From an uncultured virus (IMG/VR IMGVR_UViG_2937164673_000001) (taxonomy: Duplodnaviria > Heunggongvirae > Uroviricota > Caudoviricetes), in the IMG/VR virus record IMGVR_UViG_2937164673_000001: a stretch of 64,000 nucleotides of DNA; one strand, written 5' to 3'. The translations under genes and the position numbers were made by a program. The first letter of the stretch is position 1. Each line of letters opens with the position of its first letter. Below, in pieces: positions 28,624 through 40,100 of the stretch. The notes under the pieces are model-generated. The model was given only the letters and a program-made list of their open reading frames with translations, was not told where the DNA came from and searched no databases.

Positions 28624-30720
28624 CTACTCGTCGAACTTAATTTTAAATCCTAATGAATCAGTTGTTGCCGTCTGATTGTTAAACACATCTTCTGGACTAA
28701 GTGATCTGTCATATAGATTAAGCATATGATTTCCACCAATAGAACATGTGTCTACATCTGTAGGGTCATTTAAGAAATCCCAAATTGGCATCTTTTGCAT
28801 TTCATCAATTACCTTATCGAAGATTTGACCTGCCGATTCAGTAATAGGTAATGCTTTGTACAGAAAGTTCAAATTTAAGTTACTTTCTTTTTCTAGTCGC
28901 TGAAACATGTCATGAATACCTTTTAAGTCTCCAGCCAAATAATACATAGCACAAGCAATAAGATATGCGGCTACATAGTCATCTGATGTACTCTCCCATG
29001 TTCCGTTTAGTTGGTTTCTAGCTCGCTTAATTAATGCTTGCTTCTTAGCTTCCCTGCTTTCAAATCCCGTTATCGTTACATAACGATCTTTTCCACCATG
29101 AAGCAATTCCGCAAAGCCTTCTTTGAACCACACAGGCATATCCATCGTTTTAACAGCACCATAGAAATCATTACAAACTGCATGAAACATTTCATGTCCG
29201 AGTACACGATCTGCATAATCACCTTTAGATCTACCAACGTCACCATTTTCATCCTTAAGATTAAGCTTTTCAAAATCTCGAAGGTCGATTTCTAGTGTTT
29301 GATTTCTGGAAGTGTTATATGCGGTTGTCTCTGCTTGCCAACCACCTTCTTCGTCAACAACAAATCGGATACTCAAGTAATTCTTTCCATCGGCGGAAAT
29401 ACCATATGCATCTTTAATTCTTTCTTCGGGAAGTGACAGCCATCCTAATTTATTGATACCATTCTTGATAGCTGCAACAATTGGCATATCTGCCTCACCA
29501 TAATCTGGCTTAACAAAGTACATTTTATGAGCATCAATTGACATGATCCCATCGACATCTAAGTCAATTTGGATAGTATCAATCATATATTGATATACTT
29601 TTTTTGTTACAGGATTGGTGACCAGAATAACATCATTAGGTTGTAAGAAGTAAACTGGAGCAACATCAATACTTACTTTTTCTTGAAAATGTGCCGCCTT
29701 CCACATTTCATAGCGTGCTTGAGACACACACTGTAAATCATTGGTAAGATCACTATTTTGAATAACTTTTGTTCTAGTTCCGATAGCATCTATATTAAAC
29801 TCGCTATTTGTATCAGTAATTTTTACTGAACCTTTAGGTGTATAGCCTGTTTTGGTTGATGTGGACCCAATAACAACAAATCTGTTCTTAACGTTCTTTA
29901 AGTCGTAACTTTCTTGAAATGATAAGGTGAGATCTGCTCTATCTTGTGAAGTTGCATCAAATTCCCATTTAGGCTTAGGAATTTCTTCTTCCTTTTGAAT
30001 GGGCAACTTACGATATTCAAATTGACCAAGAGAATTATAGCCACAGATAAAATCCATGTACATATCACGAAAGTCTTCAATGATATCATTGATTGAAGTT
30101 CCCGGTTCCTTTTCGTAATCGTACTGAAGGATTTCTTCACCATTACTGGTGTACATATACCCAAAATCTGTTTCTCCCACTAATTCCATGATTCCTCTAA
30201 TAGCATCACTCATAGGTGTTCCACGCTTTATTTTGAGTTTATTTTCTAGCCCTTGGCCGTCCCATAAGGTCATTTTGTCAGCTAACGTAACTGATATTTC
30301 ACGTGTTGTTTTATCAAAACGTAGAGAGGATTCGTTAACCCAAAACGTTCCTAGTAAAAAGTTAACTGCCTCCCTGGGGAAACGAGATAAATCAACAACT
30401 CCTTGATAGACTCTAAACTTCTTATCGAACCAAAAAACACTTTTGTTATTTGGCATATATGAAGGATCAACAACCATCTTCAAAGTTCCCGTTCGTCGTA
30501 TCAATGAGGTTGCATCATAATTAATAGTTCCACCAGTTGTTTTTCCAGTAATAGTATCAATTATGGAGCCATCATTATCCAACACTTGAATAGTTGTTTG
30601 AAGGTTGCGAATTGGTTGTCGTAAAACACTTGCTGCTCGACCACTTACTTTTTCTTCAAGCCCATTTACAATATTCGATAACGTTTCATTGTAATTGGGC
30701 TTTTTGTATTTCAGTGGCAT
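28624..30720 (-). CDS. Baseplate hub-like protein fused to a flagellinolysin-like gluzincin metallopeptidase
   Basis: N-terminal IRRTGTL/YNSLGQF/NVKNRFVVIG hub region; C-terminal DRVLGHEMFH...PVWFKEGFAELLHG. Confidence 0.75.
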   Translation of the reverse strand: MPLKYKKPNYNETLSNIVNGLEEKVSGRAASVLRQPIRNLQTTIQVLDNDGSIIDTITGKTTGGTINYDATSLIRRTGTLKMVVDPSYMPNNKSVFWFDKKFRVYQGVVDLSRFPREAVNFLLGTFWVNESSLRFDKTTREISVTLADKMTLWDGQGLENKLKIKRGTPMSDAIRGIMELVGETDFGYMYTSNGEEILQYDYEKEPGTSINDIIEDFRDMYMDFICGYNSLGQFEYRKLPIQKEEEIPKPKWEFDATSQDRADLTLSFQESYDLKNVKNRFVVIGSTSTKTGYTPKGSVKITDTNSEFNIDAIGTRTKVIQNSDLTNDLQCVSQARYEMWKAAHFQEKVSIDVAPVYFLQPNDVILVTNPVTKKVYQYMIDTIQIDLDVDGIMSIDAHKMYFVKPDYGEADMPIVAAIKNGINKLGWLSLPEERIKDAYGISADGKNYLSIRFVVDEEGGWQAETTAYNTSRNQTLEIDLRDFEKLNLKDENGDVGRSKGDYADRVLGHEMFHAVCNDFYGAVKTMDMPVWFKEGFAELLHGGKDRYVTITGFESREAKKQALIKRARNQLNGTWESTSDDYVAAYLIACAMYYLAGDLKGIHDMFQRLEKESNLNLNFLYKALPITESAGQIFDKVIDEMQKMPIWDFLNDPTDVDTCSIGGNHMLNLYDRSLSPEDVFNNQTATTDSLGFKIKFDE

Positions 30721-30732
30721 ACTTTATCCCTC

Positions 30733-31773
30733 TTACTTCAAATTATCTCGTTCATACAAGAATGAATTTCTATATCTAGTTCTAGATTGAATAGAACCAT
30801 CTTCAGCAATATATTCCTGATTCCACTTAATATTCCCATCTTCATCGTATGTGTAGACAGATTTACCTGCATCAGCAATTAATCCCGCTTTTTCCATGGT
30901 GTTGTAATCTAATTTACCTATTTCAGTGAAATCAAATGTTACCGTAGAAATAGCTTCAAGACTTTCATCTTTCGGAGTAGTTTTAATATTATGTGTTGCA
31001 CAAACAATAATATCTCCATCTTCACGACGAATTACCTTTGTTTGTCCATCATTAAGGAAGTCAATAACATTAGTTCTATTAATGTATTCGGCGTGTGGAT
31101 CAATTTCGTTTTCATAACCAAATTCTTGTTGCGGAGTAAGTGGTAAGAACGAAACTGTACCAGTTCGATAGTTTGCATTTCCAAACGTCACTATTGGATA
31201 TTGACCATTAAGCGGCACACTGGTACTCGTGTTAGAATTCCAAACTAAATCCGAGAACTTGAAGTCGATGTTCATTGAATAATTCGAACCTAGATTAGAA
31301 ATAAAGGAGCCATAAAACTTGCTATCAATTGGTGGGCCAACTTGTAAGTCACCTTGAATTTCATTGGCTAATGGAACAACTGCATATTCATATGTTTTGC
31401 CATTTTCAATGAATCTATCAACTACCGTATAAAGGTTATAATGGTCATCATAATCAAATTGCGCTACTAATTGCCAATCCGTATTCGTGCTCATGTATTC
31501 TCGACGATAACATTGTATTTTGGTGACAATATGACCAGCTCCGTCAATACTCCCAGCTTCAAGAGAATTATTAAACTTAGCGTCCATAATAGTTTTCAGA
31601 TTCCATTGAGCTGGTTTGGTTTGTGAATCATCTAAAGTTGTATCCACACTAATAAACATTTCATCATACATTCCAGCCCCCATCATAACCTCGTCAATCT
31701 CAGAGGTTGGAATAGGGGTGTCATAAAATTGTTGGTCAAATCCATAGTTAAAATAATCGACACCTATAATCAA
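30733..31773 (-). CDS. Tail/baseplate structural protein
   Basis: FN3-like YEYAVVP, PLNGQYP and FDFTEIG; position after the tape measure. Confidence 0.6.
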   Translation of the reverse strand: MIIGVDYFNYGFDQQFYDTPIPTSEIDEVMMGAGMYDEMFISVDTTLDDSQTKPAQWNLKTIMDAKFNNSLEAGSIDGAGHIVTKIQCYRREYMSTNTDWQLVAQFDYDDHYNLYTVVDRFIENGKTYEYAVVPLANEIQGDLQVGPPIDSKFYGSFISNLGSNYSMNIDFKFSDLVWNSNTSTSVPLNGQYPIVTFGNANYRTGTVSFLPLTPQQEFGYENEIDPHAEYINRTNVIDFLNDGQTKVIRREDGDIIVCATHNIKTTPKDESLEAISTVTFDFTEIGKLDYNTMEKAGLIADAGKSVYTYDEDGNIKWNQEYIAEDGSIQSRTRYRNSFLYERDNLK

Positions 31774-31791
31774 AAGACCCTCACCTCTTCA

Positions 31792-33423
31792 CTATTTATA
31801 TTTTTGTAAATAATCATTGTAGAGCTCTTGAAGACCATCTAATGTCAGTTTAGTATCATTAAAATCAATTACTTCACGTAAAATAAAACTATATACAAGG
31901 CTGTATTGGGTTAGTTTCAATCGACCATCATCAAGCGTCATAGCACCACTTTTAATCTCCGATAAGGTATCATTAATTCTTTGCTCATATTCAGTACGAT
32001 AGATTTCATACTTAGCTTCAGACTCACGTTCTGCCTTTGCTAATTCCTTCCAGTAGTTAATCATTTCAGTATTTTCAAAGTAGTCCCAATATTGGTCGTC
32101 AATTTCCATTACTCGATCGCGTAGTTCATTTTGTCCTAAAATACGTGCTCTGGCGTCAGATATTGCTTGCTCTACCTTAGTGATGTATTGTTGCCAATGT
32201 TCATCGTGGATTTGTTGGAGCCTTTGTCTTGCAGCGTTAATTTTTGCTTCTGCTGCGTCTATCATTTGTTGAGTTTCTTTAGTTATTTCACCGTACCGAG
32301 ACAATTCTTCTCTGGATAACTCTTCATTCCAATCATCATCTTTGAATGTCTGATCAGGAACTATCTTTATTTCAACTCGATATTCCTTAACATATACAAA
32401 CATATAGAAAGGACGCAGTTTTAAATCCTTAATTACATTAGAACGTGTCCTGGATTTAATCTGTCCAAATTCTTTTTCACAGGTAATATAATCATCATGT
32501 TTATAGAACTTTATATGCTGTCCTCTATCTTCGGCTGGCGAGAAGTCTAAGAATAATCCATTCTGAACATTCATTACCCAGAACTTTCCGATCCAGTCAC
32601 TCGCTTTTGCCATTGCTAACTTGGTATAAATTAAAGGATTTTCTTTTGGCACAAAAACATAGTCATCTTTCCAATACGTATAATTGTCAGCATTATCATT
32701 CTTCCGTTTAGGAATGTAGGCACGAGCTGACGTTCCCAACAATTGTTTTAGGAAAAGGTCAACAACTATTTGTCCGTCATCTTTATTCATTGTTGGCTGA
32801 ATAATACCCGATACAGATGGCGTGATATATTGAGCGGTAAACTCTTGAAGTTGCTCATAAATAATTCCGTGCTCTGTTACTACCTTCAATCCAATGTAAT
32901 ATAATTTACCTTTTTTTATATTTGAAACACGTTCTGAAAATCTTGTTGGAGAATTTCTTTCCGGCTTCCGAATTGGATATTTAACTAAAGCAACATGTCT
33001 TTGATCGTAAAGAGTATATTGATATGACGTAACAGGCTCATTTTGTGCTTGCGTATAAATAGCCGACATTAATACATCATTCGTATAGATAAATTGATGT
33101 TGGTCAATCGTATCAAATAGAATTCGTGGTGTTGTATAACACGTAAATTTAATCTCTGGTGACCACTCAGAATAGCCATCTTTGAGTTTAACGCGAACTT
33201 TTGCTAGATATGCCGTGCCATTGTTCAGAGTTGTTGCTGGTAAAATGTGGTTTTTATCTAGCGACACTTGATCCTTTTCGTAGACAGGTTTTGTTCCTGG
33301 ACCATCTTCACGAATTGATAATGTATTCGTTGTCGTATGCTCTGCGCCCAAATACGTAAATGTGAATGTATATGAGTTCTTCGCATCGTAATTAGACGCC
33401 TGATTTAGTATTGGTTGCGTCAA
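31792..33423 (-). CDS. Tail/baseplate structural protein with Ig/FN3-like N-terminus and coiled-coil C-terminus
   Basis: TTG start with AAGGAG RBS; YLAKVRV...SEWS motif. Confidence 0.6.
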   Translation of the reverse strand: MTQPILNQASNYDAKNSYTFTFTYLGAEHTTTNTLSIREDGPGTKPVYEKDQVSLDKNHILPATTLNNGTAYLAKVRVKLKDGYSEWSPEIKFTCYTTPRILFDTIDQHQFIYTNDVLMSAIYTQAQNEPVTSYQYTLYDQRHVALVKYPIRKPERNSPTRFSERVSNIKKGKLYYIGLKVVTEHGIIYEQLQEFTAQYITPSVSGIIQPTMNKDDGQIVVDLFLKQLLGTSARAYIPKRKNDNADNYTYWKDDYVFVPKENPLIYTKLAMAKASDWIGKFWVMNVQNGLFLDFSPAEDRGQHIKFYKHDDYITCEKEFGQIKSRTRSNVIKDLKLRPFYMFVYVKEYRVEIKIVPDQTFKDDDWNEELSREELSRYGEITKETQQMIDAAEAKINAARQRLQQIHDEHWQQYITKVEQAISDARARILGQNELRDRVMEIDDQYWDYFENTEMINYWKELAKAERESEAKYEIYRTEYEQRINDTLSEIKSGAMTLDDGRLKLTQYSLVYSFILREVIDFNDTKLTLDGLQELYNDYLQKYK

Positions 33424-33507
33424 CCAATTCAGCTCCTTTCTTTTTGTTTTTGATATGTACAACCAAGAGGTTAATCTTAGTTAAATTAAATATGTTTACG
33501 TTATGAA

Positions 33508-34029
33508 TTAGTCTATGTTAACTGGTGTAGTTTTATGGATTTCACCTGGCAACTCTTCATTTTTATTGTTGGAATCATAACTTCCAATCCAATTCTCACC
33601 CTTTTTTATCTGATGTGAGTAACCATCATCAAGATCACCAGTTCCAATAATTAATTTATTCCCATCTTTTACAATATATTTCTCAGCCCTATCAGAGAAT
33701 TCCTTATTGTATTTATCTTTATTATTCAATATTTCTTTTACTCGTTTTATTCCACCATTGTGCTGATAGACAGTAACCACCTCGTTTCGATGTTCTTGGT
33801 TACCGAAAATATAATAGAACGTACCTTCTGTCCAAGGTCCTCTATACGGTTTTTCTCTAAAATGATATTTATAAACCTTGTTTACTAAAGGATGTTCTGT
33901 GTAAAACTGTTGTTGTTCCCTATACTGGTCTATAAAATCTTTTCCACCAGCAATCGCACATATTAGTATAAGAAAACAAAGAACAGTCATAATTTTATGG
34001 TCAATCATAAACTCTTTTATTTTTTTCAC
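33508..34029 (-). CDS. Membrane-anchored extracytoplasmic protein (moron-like)
   Basis: GTG start after GGAGG; single N-terminal TM; flanked by 14-bp direct repeats. Confidence 0.65.
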   Translation of the reverse strand: MKKIKEFMIDHKIMTVLCFLILICAIAGGKDFIDQYREQQQFYTEHPLVNKVYKYHFREKPYRGPWTEGTFYYIFGNQEHRNEVVTVYQHNGGIKRVKEILNNKDKYNKEFSDRAEKYIVKDGNKLIIGTGDLDDGYSHQIKKGENWIGSYDSNNKNEELPGEIHKTTPVNID

Positions 34030-34146
34030 TTTTAATTCCTCCATAGAACAAATAATGTACCTTTAACATATTCCCATATCTAATACAGAAAAGGAATAAA
34101 AGATTAAAAATTATGTACAACCAAGGTTGTCCCTTGGTTAGTTTGA

Positions 34147-37100
34147 CTACATTTTCTTCGTTGCGTATTGTTTTGCTACTTGAGGTAATGTCTTAAGAGC
34201 CTCTGCAAAATCATTGGCATCCTTAACATTAGGTAATTCAAGATTGATAGTATCGATATGAACCGATTTATCATTTCCATCACCATATGCATTGCGAATA
34301 CCATTTGGTAGATTAAGAGCTTCTCTTAATTGCTTTCCAAAAATCTCGCCTAGATCTTTTGATACAGCTTTAAACTGATCTCCAAATCCTTTAACGATTG
34401 TTTCATAGCCTTGTGTTACCTCTGGCTTAACGCTTCGTTTGTAATCATTAATTATGTCGCTATTCTTCTTTTCATAGTCATTGTAGGCTTTGATAATATC
34501 CTCAACTTTTGCAATATCAAAAGTAGGAATATCTTTAAGAATAAACTTATATGAATCATTTAACTGTTCGAGCCGTTTTCGAGCTTCTTCCTGATTAATC
34601 GAACCGTCTTTGATACTATTAATAGTTTCACTGACTTTTTGAATGTAATCATTTCGGTTGGAAATCTTAGACTCTTCAAGAGCTTGTTTTGCAGAGTTGA
34701 CAGCTCTTTGTGCCTCTTCTACATTTGCTTGGTCAGCAATGTATGTCCAGTTAAACTTGCCGTCCTTATCTTTTTCAAGGTAACGGACGTCTTTTTTATT
34801 TATAGTGTTATCAAGTTTTTGTTGAGCAAGTGCCAAATCAAGTTGCTTGTCAACGTAATCAGCTTCCGCCTTAGACATTCTCTCTTGGGCGTCGAGAGCA
34901 GCTATACGTTTTTCAACCGTCTTATCTTCCAACTCAACAATCTTTAACCGCATTTCCTCAAGACGAAGTTCTTTTTGCATGGGGTTATACCATACATCTT
35001 GGTCAAACTTAGCCTGATCAGCAGTCATTCCCTTGTTAACGCTCTTTTCGAATTCCTTTTGAATGGAGTCAAGAGTTTGGCCAAACTCGTTTTTACTTAT
35101 ATCCATAAGCGAAGACATAGTGCTATCAAGTGAAGTTTGATATTCGTCAATCATTGCCTTCAATTGATTGTATTCATAGGAATTCTTTTCGTATCCAGAT
35201 AATTCGTCCCGAAGTCTTTGAAGCAAATCAAGGTAATTATTGTACTCACGGTAAGTGGAGGCATATTGCTGATTTATAATAGCGGCTTGAGTAGAGCCTT
35301 CTAAATGAAGGGTATCAGCAATACTTACTAAAGTACTTATTGTGTCGCTAGCACGTTTATACTCATCAATTTGCTTATCAATAAGAGACTTTTCATACTC
35401 AAAACGATTCTTAACAGCGTCCTTAATGCTATTTTGAGCATCAATAACATTCTTTTCATACTCTGTAATTTGGTCGGTTATCGTTTTAAGCTGTTCAGTA
35501 GTCATATCTGGATTCTTAGCTTGTTCACGTAAATCATTGATCGCCTTTTGATCGGCTTCAATCATGGACTTGTAAACTTTTTCCTGGAGTTCTAATTGCT
35601 TATAGATCATTTCAGAATTAATTGCTTCTTTTTGTTCAGCAGTATTAGCTTTGCCCATTAAACGGTTGTACTCAGCCTTTAATTCATTCATTTCTTTCTG
35701 ATAAGCAATTGAGGACTGTACATACTCTTGGTTATGAGTAAGGTTAGGAACTTCAATCTTGTCAGATTCAACAGATACATTGTATTTAACATCAATAGCT
35801 CCAACTTCATTACGCGTACCTCTAGCATAGTTAATTGCCATCGAAAGCATATCGTTATACTTTTGTGCCTCAATTTGAAGTTGATCATTGGCTACTTGGG
35901 CTGTTCTATCAACATTCTTTCTCGCAAATTGATCTAGAGCATTATCTAATTGACGTTCTAATGAAATCTTGTCGGCGACACTCTTTTCATAAGCAGATTT
36001 TTGATTGAGGTTAACAACATCAAAATTACTACTCATAAGGTCGTTATAAGATGTTCCACTTAATAAACCATCTTGAAGATTTGTTACATTATTCTTTAGC
36101 CGGTCAATACTATTGCTGAGGTTATCAGTATATTTAGACAAGCTTTCAATAATAGAATTAAGTTGAATATCACGAATACTCTTCTTTAATTCATCAATAG
36201 AATCAAGATTTTCCATGATCGCATCACGAATTTGACTTAATGAATCAGCTAAATTCTTTGCATTGTCGGCATCTTTTGTACCAACAAAATTAGCAACACT
36301 TAATTGATTAAATTCAGCCAACAACTGTTGAACCGCCTCGGACTTAGCATAGATCTGATCAGAATTATTCTTTAACTTCATACGATAATCACTATCTTCT
36401 AGTGAATTACCTTCACGTTCAAGAATATTTTTCTGATTATCAATAGCAGTAGTCACAAGCTCTAATTCACGTTGTAACTTTTCAACCATCTTTTGATCTT
36501 TAGTATTGTTATAGTCTTGTTGATTCTTACCCTGTTGCCAAATATCTGTTTGCAACTCATCAATCTTCTTTGTAGCCTCAGAAAAGTTTTGATAAGCAGT
36601 TTGATATTTACCAAGTAATTCATCAACTTTACTTGCATTATCACCTGTAATATCCTTTGCATGGTTCAGATTAGTAATCTGATTTCCATTTGTTTGGAAA
36701 CCATACTTATGCAATTCATTAAGTACATCAGTAATTTGTTGCTGGTAGGCGCCCTGCATAGTTCTTTGATATGCAATTTGCTTATTATCTAAGTCAATTC
36801 TCTGCTTTGAAAGATTAATAAGTTTGTCCATGTCTTCATCAGCTTTAGTTACTGCATTTTCAAGGTTTTGAACTTTTTCATCAAGTGGTAATCCCGTGTA
36901 AAGTTCATTCCCCATATAACGCCAATAATCTTCGCTAACTTTTTGGGTAGAATCCGAACGATCCGTTGTGGCAATTCCACTTACTTTGTCACCATTAGTT
37001 GCAGAATTCGTATCAACACCCATGTTAGCAGCACCACTATTTACGGCCATATTCATAGCAGGATTTCCTGCAACAACAGACATAGAAGTCATAGGACTGA

Positions 37101-40100
37101 CTGGTTGTGAATTTTCTGGGGTAATAGCCATTGATTTAGACTTATGTTCTGTTGTAATGGTGTGAGTTTCGTTCTTGTGGACATTTATATTCACTGTTTT
37201 ATCAGTAAGTGAAGCTAATTGGCCTCTAACAGCGTTAATAGCTGATAATGCCTGACTATTGTCAGCTTTAATATGAATAGTTTTATCTTTCAAAGAGTTT
37301 CGAGCAGACTTAACTCTATTAATTGGACCAGTAGCATTATCGTTAGCTGTTATAGTAATAGCCTTATCATGAAGAGCAGATAAAGAACTCTTAACTTGAT
37401 TAATTACTTGCTGGGCATTTCCAGAGGCGGTGATATTAATCTTTGCGTGAATTCCACTAACAGCACCCTTAATCTTTGATACTAATCCACTAGTATCGGC
37501 AGATACTTTCACCTTGGCATTTACACCATGGACGGCACCGGTAATCTTACTCTTCAAATTACCAGTATCGGCATCGACTTTTACTTTCGCTTTTGTGTTT
37601 TTGCCTATACTTTTAAGCTTACTTTCTGCACCCTTTGTATCGGCATCAACTTTCACTTTGGCTTTAGAGTTTTTACCAAGATGTTTTATTTTACTTTCAG
37701 CACTCTTAGTATCGGCATCTGCTCTAACCTTGACTTTATTGTTCTTATTTCTGCTAAAGGATTTAAGTTTTTTATCTATGTCTTTTGTGTCGGCGCTAAC
37801 TTTAATTTTCGCCTTATTATTTTTACTCTTACTTAATGTTTTTAGCTTCTTCTCAACGTCTTTTGTATCAGCATCAACCTTAACCTTAGCTTTACTTTTG
37901 CCTTTGCCAAGATCTTTAACTTTCTTTTCGGCAGATTTGGTATCGGCATCAACTTTTACTTTGTTTTTACCACCCTTACCAAAAAGTTTATCTAAGGACG
38001 TCTTCATGCCTTTAAATGGATCATTCTTACTTCCCTTAAAAAGGTCTCCCAGACCTTTAGGCATCTTCCAGTTTTTAAATGGATTAGTCATTCCCTTAGG
38101 CAGCTTAAAATTCTTAAATGGATTATTAAGCCCTTTTGGTATTTTCCAATTCTTGAACGGATTCAACATATCCTTAGACAATTTAAAACCCTTAAGAGGA
38201 TTATCTGATCCCTTAGGTAGCTTCCAGTCTTTAAATGGATTTTTGAGGTCAAAGCCTTTAAATGATTTACTAATGTCCGGCATTTTAATATTCTTAAAGG
38301 CTTTACCTAGATCGGGCATCTTAACACCCTTAAACATTTTAGAAAAATCAGGCATTTTACCTTTTAATCCATCGAACATCTTAGATGGGTTAAATTTCTT
38401 AAAAATATTAGGTAACTTAGCGCCTTTTATACTTCCATCGGTACCTGCAACTCCTAGTTTCATTCCTCCCGTTAAGAAGCTTTTCCAATCAAAATCTTTT
38501 GAGCCATTCTTAACATTCTTCATAAAGTCTTGAAGTTGCTTCTGACCTGCTCCAGTTTTCATATTCCCTAAATTCTTAAAGAATTTTGATGCCTTAGTAA
38601 GCGAATTCTTTCCAGGTGCTTTTTGCTGGTACCATGGTTTGTCGTCTTCTTTGTTTTCTTTTTGGCTTGATTGTTTTTTAGGCTTATTTCTCTCTCTTCC
38701 ACGTGAATCTAATTCTTTATCATTATATTTTTGCGCATTGTCTCTTTGCTGTTTTGCTTTCTTTGAGCCTGTTTTGCCAAAGAAACCATCATTATATAAT
38801 TGATCAAGAATATCATCTGTCGCTTTTTCCCCATGATTCTTCCTCAGGTTCTGAATAGCATCTTTAACATCTTTGTTCTTAGTATTACCTTTATTTAGCC
38901 TAAGCATTAATTGAGCATAACTCAATCCTCTTCCAAATTGCGCGTCACTTTTAATGCTCCCATCGCCCAAAGCATTTACTAAGGAATAAGGGTCACTAGA
39001 ACCTTTTACACCTTTTAAATCAGAAATAAAGTTAGGTAGATTCAACTCCCCTTTTGAATTCATCCAATTATATCCCTGGAATTGCTTGGATTTCATCATC
39101 ATAGACCCTTCAATTCGAGCCTGTTGAGTTGTATCTAGAACACCTTGATCATTTATTAATGCTTGTGCAGCTGCCGTTGGATGCCCTTGCAAGTATTTCG
39201 TATTTTGTTCCATGACGGCATTCCATGACTTTCCATAAGTAGCATAAAAGTCAGGATCAACATTTAACAGTTCTCTACCATTAATTTGGTTACCCATTAT
39301 ATTGACAAATGATGCCCCAGATCCGTCATACGCTTTAACTCGCTTCTTTGCTGCTGTCGAAGAATAACCATTGGCCTCCAAGATATCCTGCATTGTTCCT
39401 TGTTGTTTTTTTAGGTTATCCTTAAATGACTTTTGAGCGTTATAAAATGCTTGGATTTGATTTGCATTCCATTCTCTTGTCTTTGAAGAAATTCCCTCAA
39501 GTCCTTTAACGTTCTTTGCTAAATACTTTTGCTGATCTTTAGTCAATGTTAATTGATTCTTGCCAAGATTGTTATTCTTATTCATAATCTTATTAACATC
39601 GTTCCAGATCTTATTTGCTCGAGCAGCAGCCTGAAGATTAACTGACTGCGCAGACTGCACCTTATTTAATTGTCCTCTGGTCATTCTTCGATAATCAGAC
39701 TTATCAAAAACACCAGAGTTTATAGCAGAAGATAATTTCTTATATTGCCCTCGAATGGCATCTCCATAATCCTCATAATTCTGCGCCCATTCTTGATATT
39801 GTTCAGAATTTCTTGCCTTATTTAACGCCTTAATTCTAGCTTCAGATTCTTTTTTGTCATATTTCCTATCAATATCCGACGCTTTTGATGGAAGAGAATT
39901 ATATTTGTCATCTTTACGTTGTTTCTCGAGCCGTCTTTGCTCTTTAAGATATTCATTATTAGATTTGAGAATCTTCCCTCTTTGTTTTTCCCAATCTAAT
40001 TCTTTGCCAGCTTTATTCTCCTTGTCAATATCCTTTGTGCCAGCCTTAAGCTGCTCCATATTAACATCGTGAATTGCTGACTTAAGATCATTCCATTGAC

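Noticed and set aside
33496..33523. Second dif-like site ending TATGTTAACT
   Set aside because: Only the right arm resembles dif, and it overlaps a coding end
37514..38533. 339-aa plus-strand ORF
   Set aside because: Antisense shadow of the Lys-rich tape-measure repeats; no RBS and low complexity
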